64,000 nt of DNA from Mobula hypostoma (taxonomy: Eukaryota): positions 107,200,001 through 107,264,000 of the forward strand of contig NC_086108.1 in NCBI RefSeq assembly GCF_963921235.1. The letters run 5' to 3'. Positions 1 through 11,641 of the stretch are shown here, in pieces. The position numbers and the translations under genes were made by a program. Positions within the stretch are counted from its first letter, which is position 1, and each line of letters starts with the position of its first letter. Under the pieces are notes generated by a model. That model was given only the letters and a program-made list of their open reading frames with translations. It did not search any database and was not told where the DNA came from.

Positions 1-201
1 GGCCATGCTGCTTCAGTACGGTCCCGGGCCTGGGCCATGCTGCTTCAATATGGTCCCTGGCCTGAGCCTTGCCACTTCAGTACAGTCATGGGCCTGGGCC
101 ATGCTGCATCGATACGGTCTCGGGCCTGAGCCATGCTGCATCAATACGGTCCCGGGCCTGGTCCATGCTGCATCAATACGGTCATGGGACTGAGCCATGC
201 C
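1..201. repeat. 32-bp GC-rich minisatellite, at least 6.3 copies, cut by the window edge
   Basis: Units start at 1, 33, 65, 97, 129, 161 and 193; consensus about rGCCATGCTGCwTCAATACGGTCCCGGGCCTG. Confidence 0.9.
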
Positions 202-837
202 ACCTCAATTTCATCCATGCCCAATATGTCCAATCTAACCCAGTGCTTAAGTTGGTCGAACATAAGCTCATTCCTTACTCTTTTGGGCCCAGGCCCCATT
301 GCCTCGACTCTGCCTTGCCTCTCCTTGGATCTGCCACTTTGAATTAGCTCCAAGTCCACTCCAGCAATGACCGGACATTGGCTTGCTCTTCACTCTCAGG
401 CCCAGGTTCTGCCACCTCCATTCAGCCCATACACGCCACACCACAACTGCCCTGCATCTTTCAGACTTCACTTCACAAAGCAAAAATTCCAGGTCACACA
501 GGCCATCCACAGGCTATTGATTGCAGTGATCATGGTCCAGAAATAGTGTGATTAATTGAGTAGTTAATAGTTTTGTTTGCTGCCAGTAAAGCGTCACTGT
601 AAGGTACCATCTTAAACCTGGTCCCGGCATTTATCTTCCTCAGATAAAGCTGCCAAATGGTTGACAAGCATCTCCGATCAGCTTGTGGTGTCAAAGGAAC
701 AAGTTCAACAATAAATGCAGATATAATACAGAGCATTAAAACATAAAACTTTACAGCTTAGTATAGGTCCTTTGGCCCACAATATTGTGCTGACATTTTA
801 ACCTACTCAAAGATCAATCTAACCCTTCCCTCCAAAA

Positions 838-2745
838 ATCGAGGAATATAAAGAATGTAAAAAGAATCTTAAGAAAGAAATTAGAAAAGCTGAAAGAAAA
901 TACGAGGTTCCTTTGGCAAGTAAGGTGAAAATAAATCCAAAGGGTTTCTACAGTTATATTAATAGCAAAAGGGTAGTGAGAGATAAAATTGGTCCCCTAG
1001 AGAATCAGAGTAGACAGTTATGTGTGGAAACAAAAGAGATAGGGGAGATTTTGAACAATTTCTTTTCTTCAGTATTCACTAAGGAGAAGGATATTGAATT
1101 GTGTAAGGTAAGGGAAACAGGTAGGGAAGTTATGGAAACTATGATGATTAAAGAAGAGGAAGTATTGGCGCTTTTAAGGAATATGAAAGTGGATAAGTCT
1201 CCGGGTCCTGACAGGATATTCCCTAGGACCTTGAGGGAAATTAGTGTAGAAATAGCAGGGGTTCTGACAGAAATATTTCAAATGTCATTAGAAACGGGGA
1301 TGGTGCCAGAGGATTGGTGTATTGCTCATGTTGTTCCATTGTTTAAAAAGGGTCCTAAGAGTAAACCTAGCAATTATCGGCCTTGAGTTTGACGTCAGTG
1401 GTGGGTAAATTGATGGAAACTATTCTTAGAGATGGTATAGATAATTATCTGGATAGACAGGGTCTGGTTAGGAACAGTCAACATGGATTTGTGCGTGGAA
1501 GGTCATGTTTGACAAATCTTATTGAATTTTTTGAAGAGGTTACTAGGAAAGTTGGCGAGGGTAAAGCGGTGGATGTCGTCTATATGGACTTCAGTAAGGC
1601 CTCTGATAAGGTTCCACACGGAAGGTTAGTTAGGAAGGTTCAATCGTTAGGTATTAATATTGAAGTAGTAAAATGGATTCAGCAGTGGCTGCATGGGAGA
1701 CGCCAGAGAGTAGTGGTGGATAACTGTGTGTCAGATTGGAAGCCGGTGACTAGTGGTGTGCCTCAGGGACCTGTACTGGGTCCAATGTTGTTTGTCATAT
1801 ACATTAATGATCTGGATGATGTGGTGGTAAATTGGATTAGTAAGTACACAGATGATACTAAGATAGGTGGCGTTGTGGATAATGAAGTAGGTTTTCAAAG
1901 TTTGCAGAGAGATTTAGGCCGGTTAGAAGAGTGTGCTGAAAGACGGTAGATGGAGTTTAATGCTGATAAATGTGAGGTGCTATATTTTGATAGGACTAAT
2001 CAAAATAGGACATACATGGTAAATGGTAGGGCATTGAAGAATGCAGTAGAACAGAGGGATCTAGGAATAATGGCGCATAATTCCCTGAAGGTAGAATCTC
2101 ATGTGGATAGGGTGGTGAAGAAAACTTTTGGTATACTGGCCTTTATAAATCAGAGCATTGAGTATAGGAGATGGGATGTAATGCTAAAAAATTGTACAAC
2201 ACATTGGTAAGGCCAAATTTGGAGTATTGTGTACAGTTTTGGTTACCGAATTATAGGAAAGATGTCAACAAAATAGAGAGAGTACAGAGAAGATTTACTA
2301 GAATGTTACCTGGATTTCTGCACCTAAGTTACAGAGAGAGGTTGAGCAAGTTGGGTCTTTATTCTTTGGAGCATAGAAGGTTGAGGGGGGACTTAATAGA
2401 GGTATTAAGTTGACATGGATAGGCTTTTTCCATTGAGTGTAGGGGAGATTCAAACAAGAGGACATGAGTTGAGAGTTATGGGGCAAAAGTTTAGGGGTAA
2501 CATGAGGGGGAACTTCTTTACTCAGAGAGTGGTAGCTGTGTGGAACGAGCTTCCAGCAGAAGTGGTAGAGGCAGGTTCGATATTGTCATTTGATAAAGTA
2601 AAATTGGATAGCTATATGGACAGGAAAAGAATAGAGGGTTATGGGCTGAGTGCAGGTCAGTGGGACTAGGTGAGAGTGAGCGTTCGGCATGGACTAGAAG
2701 GGCCGAAATGGCCTGTTTCCGTGCTGTAATTGTTATATGGTTATA
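838..2745 (+). mobile_element. 5'-truncated CR1 LINE, ORF2 reverse transcriptase disrupted by frameshifts and stops
   Basis: ORF pieces with [58 protein letters not shown]1 3' end ggccgaaatggcctgtttcc and short repeat tail. Confidence 0.93.
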
Positions 2746-2777
2746 GCCCCCATCTTTACTTCATCCATGTGTCTATT

Positions 2778-2920
2778 GTTGGTGAAATTTAAGAAACTAC
2801 TAGGCAGGTATATGGAGGAATTTAAGGTGGGGGCTTATATGGGAGGCAGGGTTTAAGGGTTGGTACAACATTGTGGGCTGAACGGCCTGTACTGTTCTAT
2901 GGTCTTTGTTCTATGTTCTA
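2778..2920 (+). mobile_element. Short CR1 3' tail, same subfamily as the tail at 7320-7457
   Basis: caggtatatggaggaatttaaggtgggg...ctatgttcta matches 7343-7457. Confidence 0.8.
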
Positions 2921-3227
2921 TCTAAGTGCTTCTCAAATGTCTCTAATGTATTTGCCTCTAACTCCACCCCTTTACAGGGTATTCCACGCATCCACCATTC
3001 TCTGTACAGAAAACCAACCTCTAACACTCTCCTGTACTTCCCTTCAATCACCTTAAAATTATGCCACCTCATATTAGCATTTCTGCCCTGTCAAAAAGCC
3101 AGGGAAGACATGACAGAACGTAATTTACATGCAACGGATTTGTTTTGCGATGTGAGCGTTTAGTTGCAATCTGAATCAGGATGAGAGTCAGGTTTATTAG
3201 CACTGACATATGTTGTGAAAGTTGTTG

Positions 3228-3610
3228 CATCTACGAAAGGGAATAAACAGTCTACGTTTTGGGCCAAGATCCTTCTTCAGAACTGGAAAGGGTGGGCGAA
3301 AAAAGCCAGAATAAAAAGGTGGAGGATTAGGAGGAGTACAAATTGGCAGGTGATAGGTGGAACCAGGTGAGGGGGGAAGTAGGTGGTTGGGGGGTGGGGG
3401 ATGAAATGAGAAGCTGGGAGGTGATAGGTGGAAGAGATAAAGGGCTGAAGAAGAAGGAATCTGATAGGAGAGGAGAGTGGACCATGGTAAAAGTGAAGGG
3501 AAAAAGGCACCAGAGGGAGGTGATGTGCAGATGAAAAGAAGGGAAGAGGTAAGAGGGGAGCCAGAATTGAGTGAAGAAGCCAGAATAAGAAATTGAAAAG
3601 AGGGGAAGGA
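3228..3610 (-). mobile_element. PLE 3' fragment with degenerate hammerhead motif
   Basis: Minus strand cagttCTGAAGAaggatcttggcccAAAACGTAgactg after a pyrimidine-rich tract; same layout as the PLE at 36691-37307. Confidence 0.7.
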
Positions 3611-4087
3611 TTAGAAACTGGGTTCTGTTCGGATTGTGCAACTTGAAGTTTAAAGCAACCGTTCATTTGGGCAGTTTGCAGATCCAGACCCGCAACGGAA
3701 GTCTGGGAGTAAACAAGCTTTTGGAAAGCCGGACAATGAAGAGCATGACATATTGTTAGTGCCAGGAGAGTGGCCTGAGAAACACACAGGAAATGAGATT
3801 CATTGTAAAGAGGGGCAAACCATTTATATAACTGTGTCAGCATCACTTCTCTTTAATCTTTTCTGACTTCTACTCTGCTGTCTGCCAACATTGTTCCCTC
3901 TGGCTCTTAGTGGATTTTAAGTCAATGTTAACTGAGCGGATACTGAAAAAGCATGCCTCGATACCCACGACCCTTCACATTAAATGGTCAATTGTGTTCA
4001 TTCAGAATTAGAATCAGAATCAGGTTTATTATCACCGACATATATTGTGAAATATATCACGAACATCGATTTATTGAACTTAGGATC

Positions 4088-4392
4088 TTAAGACCATAAG
4101 ATATAGGAGCAAAATTGAGCCATTTGGCCCATCAAGTCTGCTCTGTCATTTCATCATGGCTGTTTCATTATTCCTCTCAGCCCAATCTCCTGCCTTCTCC
4201 CAGTATCCCTTCACATCCTGACTAATCAAGAATCTATCAACCACCATCTTAAATATAAGATAAGATAAAGCTTTATTTATCCCCAAAGGATACTCAATGA
4301 CTTGGCCTCTAGAGCTGCCTGTGGCAATCAATTCCACAGATTCACCACTCTCTGTCTAAAGAAATCCCTCCTCATCTCTTTTCTAAAAGGAC
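4088..4392 (-). mobile_element. CR1 3' tail fragment
   Basis: agaccataagatataggagc tail; ccacagattcaccactctctg (reverse of RVVNLW). Confidence 0.8.
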
Positions 4393-5534
4393 GTGGGGCA
4401 GAGCTATGATGGCACTTAACAGTGACTCCTTCAAGCTCATCTGTGGAAATGGATTAATTTCTAGCATTAATGTCTCTCGTTTTCCTTTTCAAGGTGGATG
4501 GGGTTATGTTGGAGACCCTGACCTAGAGTTACACTCAGAGTTTGGTTCCTTGTGGTAGTGCGACCCGGTCCCGGGAGCTCACGACCATCTGCTTTTTGAT
4601 ATCCCAAGGACACGGCCTAGAAGACAGGCTTGGATTTGGTGTCCAAGGCTTCATGGCCCTGTGGACGAGCAGACTCTATGCTAGTGCTGCCGACAATGGG
4701 ATCTACAGATCAGTCGTCAGGGTCTCTATACTCAGCGAATCACGTGCTCCCTTTCTCACTCCTGTACGTGGGGAGAGGTTTCTGCCAATTCTCGAGTCAG
4801 AGAAACATAGAAAACCTACAGAACAATGCAGGCCCTTCAACTCAGAAAAAAAAAGCGATGCAACAGACTTTACTGGTGAGTTGTTTTGTTTTGTCTCCCC
4901 TCATGCAGTGAAAGAGTGACAGCTCTCCATCCCTTTACTGGGCAGGGGTATGTTGAACTGTTGGGTGAATGATCAGTTTTTGTTGTACTGCAGATCATGG
5001 CCCTTATTGGGAGCTTTGCTATTGCTTGCTTGGTGGGTGAGGGTGCTGATTCCTAAATGGTCATTGAACTTTTGAACACTACCTCACTTTTTTAATATAT
5101 ATTATTTCTGTTTTTTGCATGATTTTTAATCTATTCAATATACTTATACTGTAATTGATTTACTTACTTATATATTATTATTTTTTTTCTTCTATATTAT
5201 GCATTGCATTGAACTGAAGCTGCTAACTTAACAAATTTCATGACACATGCCAGTGATAATAAACCCGATTCTGATTCTGATATTTGAGGTTTATATTTCT
5301 GAGCCCTTCAGAAGATTGTGAAACTGCTGGTTTGTTAAGATAGTTCAAAAGTACATTACTTAAAATGAAATTACAGGCTTCAGATTGCAGTGAGAGTAGT
5401 TCAGAAGAAATATATTTAGAAATACTGTAAGTTGCCCGCAACCATCCTGTCATGTGATCAATGCCTCTCATCATCTTGTACATATCTATCATCCTCCTTC
5501 ACTCTAACAATAAAAGCCTTGGCTTGCTTATTCA

Positions 5535-7690
5535 AGAGTCAAGATTCAAGACTGTTTAATGTCATTTCCAGGACACAAGCGTAAAGGAGAATTAAATAAT
5601 TGTTTCTCCGGATCTGTTGCAGCACAAAAAAAAATAACAGTAACATAAAGGACACAATAATAAAGGAAAACACAATAAATATAAATATATAAGATAGCTT
5701 ATAAACATAGATTGATTGTATGTCCATAAAATGATGCTAGGCACAGGAGTGTCTGTAAGTAATGGGACTGACAGGAAATGATAAAGCTTGTGGTGTGACG
5801 GGCTGGGTTAGAGGGTGGAAGCGTTCATCAGCCTCACTACTTGGAGAAAGTAGTTGTTTTTGAGTCTGGAGGACCTGGTGGAGAGGCTACGTAGCTTACT
5901 CCCCAACGGGAGTAGGACAATTAGTCCATGAGCAGGTTTGATGGGGTCCTTCATGATATTGGTGCCTTTTTTCCACCAGGTTTCTGTATATATGTTCGTG
6001 CCGGTGGCTAGGGTGGTACCGGTGATGTATTGGGCAGATTTGACTACTTGGTGCACAGCCTGTCTGTCTGCCACAGTGCGATTTCTGTACCATGCAGTAA
6101 TACAACATGACAGGATGCTCTCTAATGAGCAGATAGAAATTCATGAGCGTGGATGTGAATATCCAGTTCTTTTCAGTCTCCTCAGAAAGTAGACACGTTG
6201 CTGAGCATTCTTGACTGCGTAGAATGTGTTTGGGACTCTGAGAGGCTGTACGAGATGTACACTCCCAGGAGTTTGAAACTGCTCGCAATTTATACTGCGG
6301 TGCTGCCGATATCAATAGGTACATTTAATGTCAGAGAAATGTATACGGCATACATCCTGAAATTCTTCCTGTGTAAGAGGGATATGAATGGTGTGAGTTC
6401 TCCTGAAGTCAGTAACCATCTCTTTTGCCTTGTTGACATTGAGGAAGAGGTCATTTGCCTGGCACCAGGCCTCGAGCTCTTCCATATCTTTAACGAAGGC
6501 TGTCTCATCATTCTTAGTGATGAGCCCCACAGTGTTGGGTCATTGGCAAACCTAGCAATGTGATTAACATTGGTTAACAAAGGTTGGCGGTGTTGTGGAT
6601 AGTGTAGAGGATTGTCGAAGATTGCAGAGACATTGATAGGATGCAGAAGCGGGCTGAGAAGTGGAAGATGGAGTTCAACCCGGAGAAGTGTGAGGTGGTA
6701 CACTTTGGAAGGACAAACTCCAAGGCAGAGTACAAAGTAAATGGCAGGATACTTGGTAGTGTGGAGGAGCAGAGGGATCTGGGGGTACATGTCCACAGAT
6801 CCCTGAAAGTTGCCTTACAGGTGGATAGGGTAGTTAAGAAAGCTTATGGGGTGTTAGCTTTCATAAGTTGAGGGATAGAGTTTAAGAGTCACAGGGTAAT
6901 AATGCAGCTCTATAAAACTCTGGTTAGGCCACACTTGGAGTACTGTGTCCAGTTCCGGTCGTCTCACTATAGGAAGGATGTGGAAGCATTGGAAAGGGTA
7001 CAGAGGAGATTTACCAGGATGCTGCCTGGTTTAGAGAGTATGCATTATGATCAGAGATTAAGGGAGCTAGGGCTTTACTCTCTGGAGAGAAGGAGGATGA
7101 GAGGAGACATGATAGAGGTGTACAAGATGATAGGAGGAATAGATAGAGTGGACAGCCAGCACCTATTCCCCAGGGCACCACTGCTCAATACAAGAGTACA
7201 TGGCTTTAAGGTAAGGGGTGGGAACTTCAAGGGGGATATTAGAGGAAGGTTTTTTACTCAGAGAGTGGTTGGTGCATGGAATTCACTGCCTGAGTCAGTG
7301 GTGGAGGCAGATACACTAGTGAAACTTAAGAGGCTACTAGACAGGTATATGGAGGAATTTTAAGGTGGGGGCGGTTATATGGGAGGCAGGGTTTGAGGGT
7401 GGGCACAAAATTGTGGGCCGAAGGGCCAGTACTGGGCTGTACTGTTCTATGTTCTATATACTATTACTCAGGTGCTTGGGTATACAGTCATCTGTGGGCA
7501 GAATGTACAGCAATAAGCTCAGCACATTGCCCTGGGGGCGGGTGGGGGGTGGAATGCATATGTTGAGGATGATGGGGAGGGAGAAGCAGTTGTGCATCAC
7601 GACTATCTGAGGAGATCTGTTGGTTAGGAAGTCCAATACCCAGTTGCACAGTGGTGCATTTAGACTGAGGAGTAGGAGTTTGTTCAGAAT
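5535..7690 (-). mobile_element. Decayed Rex1/Babar LINE (about 5535-6560 and 7458-7690), split by a CR1 insertion
   Basis: Minus-strand peptides LCNWVLDFLTNR, PQGNVLSLLLYILPTDDC, WCQANDLFLNVNKAKEMVTDFRR, LLPLGSKLRS; (ttcaaga)n tail near 5535. Confidence 0.8.
6577..7457 (+). mobile_element. 5'-truncated CR1 LINE (ORF2 C-terminus and 3' UTR)
   Basis: MEFNPEKCEVVHFG, LVRPHLEYCVQF, FFTQRVVGAWNSLP; (ctatgtt)n tail. Confidence 0.92.
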
Positions 7691-7944
7691 CAGAGTTACC
7701 ATCAGAATCAGGTTTAATAACACTGGCAAATGTCATGATATGTGTTGTTTTGCGGCAGCAGTACATTGTAATACATCATAAGAGAAAGCTACAAATTACA
7801 GTAAGTATATACAGTGCTTTCCAGTCATTAGGACCAATACATTTTGACCCAATTAAGTAGGTGCCCATTTAGCCAAAGTGTTATGGAAATAGTTTAAAAG
7901 GAATAATACAGACAAACTACTATTTAATTGAGTAACAAATTAGA

Positions 7945-8480
7945 ACAACACCAATCCGACTGGTGATTGCGTGTATCTGACGATGACTGGAAACCTGTGT
8001 AGAAGAGTTTTTAAAGTGGAAAAGCTAGTGCACTGGTACGGTACCACGCCCTGAACCTCAGAAGTCTGGGTCTAGCGGTACGAGTAGACATCACAAACGG
8101 GGGTCTTTCTTGGTTGCGGTGGATGGCCATGGCGTCTCTGTGCCTCGTCGTGCCCCTTGCTCTCCATGGAGAATTGCAGAATCGCCTTCCTGGCCAATGG
8201 ATCTCACTGTAGATCTCATCCACCAGAGCTGATTTTCCATGCTTGGACAGGTAAGTCCCTATCTCGCTGGGGTGTGAGGCCCACAGCTACCTTCAACTGG
8301 TTCAGCCCGCCTATCGAAGCGATGTATCAAGGTATGGCCGCGGGCACATGCAAACAGTTACTTGGAGGAACAGGTGAGAGCTGAGTGACTGGTAGGAACC
8401 AGAGTGAGCTGCCCCAGAATGGACACGATAAGCCCCTTCAGCAGATGTGCCACCCCTCCCTGGACAAGACACACGCCACA
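7945..8480. mobile_element. Unclassified CpG-rich interspersed element, possibly a non-autonomous non-LTR element
   Basis: Abrupt GC/CpG rise relative to flanks; no diagnostic coding motif seen. Confidence 0.35.
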
Positions 8481-9129
8481 GGCAGTAGACTATTGCATCA
8501 TGAATTGCTTATTCTCAAATGGGGGGGGGGGAGGGAAGATGTAAAGGCTGTCACAATTCTTATTTAATTGTTCATTAGTGAAACTGAGCGATTCAGACGG
8601 ACAAATAGTTTGCTTGAGCGCAGTCACTTGCCTTTCTGTGGATGTAGAATATTTAATCAGAGTTCAATTATCTTCCAGGATTTATTTAGTCAGTGATGGA
8701 CTGCTGAGATCGCAAGGAGTTGAGGCTCAGTTTATGCTGTTCCACAATTAGAGCAATGGCATCCTTAATGTTCAAGCCGTTTGTAGACAGATAGAACTTC
8801 AATTCAACATCTAATCCAAACACGTCCACTTTCATTCAGTGCTGCAGGAAGAAAGAAAAGAAGCCAATTACTGGAACAATTATTAAAGTATATAATGACC
8901 ACACAATCAGCTCTGATAATATTGATTAAGACCGCAAAAGCATACATATACACCCTGTCTGAACGCACTGCTGGACTTTTCCCCCTGCTCCCCAACTCAC
9001 AAACACACTCTCATCCTGCACTGGTCACTTCTCATCTTTTATTGCCGCTGTTTTACATATTCATATGCCGGCTTGTTCCATTATAATAGTACCAGTAACA
9101 TTATACGGTCTTACATAAATGTGCATCTT

Positions 9130-10075
9130 GCACTTTATGTCAAACCATCAATCTCGCAAATTTCTACAGGTGTACTGAGGAGAGCATCCTAACTGGTTGC
9201 ATCGCTGTCAGGTCTGGAGGAGCCACTGCAGAGGGTTGGAAGCTCAGCCAGCTCCAACATGGGCACCAGCCTCCCCAGCATCGAGGGCACCTTCAAAGGG
9301 CAATGGCTCAAAAAGCTGGCGTCCATCATTAAAGAAACCCATCACCCAAAATGTGCCCCCTCCTCATTGCCGCCGTTAGGGAGAAAGTACAGGAACACTC
9401 ACAACACGCTGGAGGAACTCAGCAGGTCGGGCAGCATCCATGGAAAAGATCGGTCGACGTTTTGGGCCGGAACCCTTTGTCAGGACGGTAGAGGGAAGGG
9501 GCAGAGGCCCTATAAAGAAGGTGGGGGGAATGTGGGAAGGAGAAGGCTGGTAGGTTCCGGGTGAAAAACCAGTAAGGGGAAAGATAAAGGGGTGGGGGAA
9601 GGGAGGCAGGGAAGGGATAGGCAGGAAAGGTGAAGAAGGGACAGGGGAAAACACAATGGGTAATAGAAGGAGGCGGAACCATGAGGGAGGTGATTAGGCA
9701 GCTGGGCGAGGGGGCAGAGTGAAATAGGGATAGAGGAAGGGAGGGGGAGGGAATTACCAGAAGTTGGAGAATTCTATGTTCATACCAAGGGGCTGGAGAC
9801 TACCTAGCACCAAGTACAGGAGCCTGAAGACACATATTCAATGATTCAAGAACAGCTTCTTTCCTTCTGCCGTCAGATTTCTCAATGGACAATGAATTCA
9901 TGGACACTGTCTCACTCATTTCTTGTTGCTCTCTTTCTGCATTACTTATCCAATTTATTTTTTTATATCTACTTATTGTAATTCATAGCTTTATATTATG
10001 TATCACAATGTACTGCTGCCGCAAAACAACAGATTACCCAACGTATGCCAGTGATATTAAACCGGATTCTGATTC
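9130..10075 (+). mobile_element. Rex1/Babar 3' fragment interrupted by a PLE
   Basis: GTSLPSIE...SIIKETHHP...LGRKYR; after the PLE, agcctgaagac...aacagcttctt and tail gccagtgatattaaaccggattctgattc. Confidence 0.75.
9395..9811 (-). mobile_element. PLE 3' fragment with 10-bp TSD
   Basis: TSD aagtacagga at 9385-9394 and 9812-9821; GIY-YIG end LGSLQPLGMNIEFSNFW; degenerate hammerhead CTGACAA...AAAACGTC. Confidence 0.85.
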
Positions 10076-10315
10076 AGTCTTCAAGTCATGCAGTCAGGGA
10101 CTTCTGCTATTATTATTATTGTGCCTATATGTGCTGGTTCGTAGCTATATGTTCTGTGTTTTGTACCTTGGCCCCAGAGGAACACTGTTTTGTTTGGCTG
10201 TGTACACGTGTATGGTTGAATGATAATAAACTTGAACTTGAACACCAGAAATAACTCTTCTGTTCTTTTTTAAAATAATGCCAATGGATCTCCACTGAAG
10301 ACACACATTCCATGA

Positions 10316-10757
10316 TTCAAGCAACACACATCAAAGTTGCTGGTAAACGCAGCAGGCCAGGCAGCATCTCTAGGAAGAGGTACAGTCGACGTTTCAGGCC
10401 GAGACCCTTCGTCAGGACTAATTGAAGGAAGAGTTAGTAAGGGATTTGAAAGTGGGAGGGGGAAGGGGAAATCCAAAATGATAGGAGAAGACAGGAGGGG
10501 GAGGGATGGAGCCAAGAGCTGGACAGGTGATTGGCAAAAGGGATATGAGAAGATCATGGGACGGACGGGAGGCCCAGGGAGAAAGAAAGAGGGAGGGGGG
10601 AAGCCCAGAGGATTTGCAAAGAGTATAGTGAGAAGGACAGATGGAGAAAAAGGATAGAGAGAAAAAATATACAATAATAAAAGATAAATAAATAACAGAT
10701 GGTGTACGAAGGGGAGGTTGGGCATTAATGGAAGTTAGAGGAGTCAATGTTCATGCC
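10316..10757 (-). mobile_element. PLE 3' fragment (GIY-YIG end, 3' UTR, hammerhead, tail)
   Basis: Minus strand ggcatgaacattgactcctctaacttccattaa (GMNIDSSNFH*); colinear with 36880-37307. Confidence 0.88.
10384..10419 (-). ncRNA. Minimal type I hammerhead ribozyme, intact core
   Basis: Minus strand agtc-CTGACGA-agg gtctcgg cct-GAAA-CGTC-gact: stem I agtc/gact, stem II agg/cct, palindromic ACGT helix III, GUC site. Confidence 0.8.
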
Positions 10758-10980
10758 ACTTACTGATGACCACTACTTCTAGTTTCATCAAACCTTAGTG
10801 GAAAAAGCCTGCTTATATTTACCCTATCTACACCCTTCACAATTTTGTATATATTTATCAAATCTCCCCTCAATCTCCTATACTCCAAGGAATAAAGTCC
10901 TAGCATATTCAACATTGCCTTATAACTCAGGTCCACAAGTCCTAGCAACATCCTCTGTCCTCTTTCAAATTTATTGATAT
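10758..10980 (-). mobile_element. CR1 ORF2 C-terminal fragment
   Basis: [28 protein letters not shown]. Confidence 0.8.
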
Positions 10981-11477
10981 CTGAAATGGTGTCTTCAAGG
11001 CAAAACATGGAGGTCAAAGTGGAGGTCCATTGGCATTATCTTGAAAAAGAACAGAAGAGTTATTTCTGGTGTTCAAGTTCAAGTTTATTATCATTCAACC
11101 ATACACGTGTACACAGCCAAACAAAACAGCGTTCCTCTGGGGCCAAGGTACAAAACACAGAACATATAGCTATGAACCAGCACATACAGGCACAATAATA
11201 ATAATAGCAGAAGTCCCTGACTGCATGACTTGAAGACTGAATCAGAATCCAGTTTAATATCACTGGCATACGTTGGGTAATCTGTTGTTTTGCGGCAGCA
11301 GTACATTGTGATACATAATATAAAGCTATGAATTACAATAAGTAGAGATAAAAAAATAAATCGGTTAAGTAATGCAGAAAGACAGCAACAAGAAATGAGT
11401 GAGACAGTGTCCATGAATTCATTGTCCATTGAGAAATCTGACGGCAGAAGGAAAGAAGCTGTTCTTGAGTCATTGAA

Positions 11478-11641
11478 CGCAAACCTGACGAAATCTGCAG
11501 ATGCTGGAATTTCAAGCAACACACATAAAAGTTGCTGGTGAACGCAGCAGGCCAGGCAGCATCTATAGGAAGAGGTACAGTCGAAGTTTCGGGCCGAGAC
11601 TCTTCGTCAGGACTAACTGAAAGAAGACATAGTAAGAGATT
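11478..11641 (-). mobile_element. Short PLE tail; hammerhead at 11579-11614 is mutated (GAAACTTC, weak stem II)
   Basis: Near-identical to 10316-10445 and 21600-21740. Confidence 0.85.

Larger units (their letters stand above)
738..3100 (-). mobile_element. Old CR1 3' fragment in three pieces (about 738-837, 2746-2777, 2921-3100), split by two + strand CR1 insertions
   Basis: Reverse-complement CR1 3' tail (acataaaac...ggtcctttggcccaca) resumes colinearly after each insertion. Confidence 0.6.
9837..11477. repeat. Long inverted repeat with 459-bp arms at 9837-10295 and 11019-11477
   Basis: Arms are reverse complements; ORFs 9885-10223(+) and 11091-11522(-) differ at only 6 of 112 shared residues. 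Confidence 0.95.

Noticed and set aside
1..201. Regular 32-bp repeats as a CRISPR array
   Set aside because: Units are contiguous with no unique spacers, the context is eukaryotic and there are no cas genes; it is a minisatellite
7976..7995. CTGACGA-tgactg-GAAAC as another hammerhead
   Set aside because: No stem II can form, and no NUH cleavage triplet or stem I pairing was found
9885..11522. Two near-identical hydrophobic ORFs as duplicated membrane-protein genes
   Set aside because: They are translations of AT-rich TE 3' UTRs inside the inverted duplication
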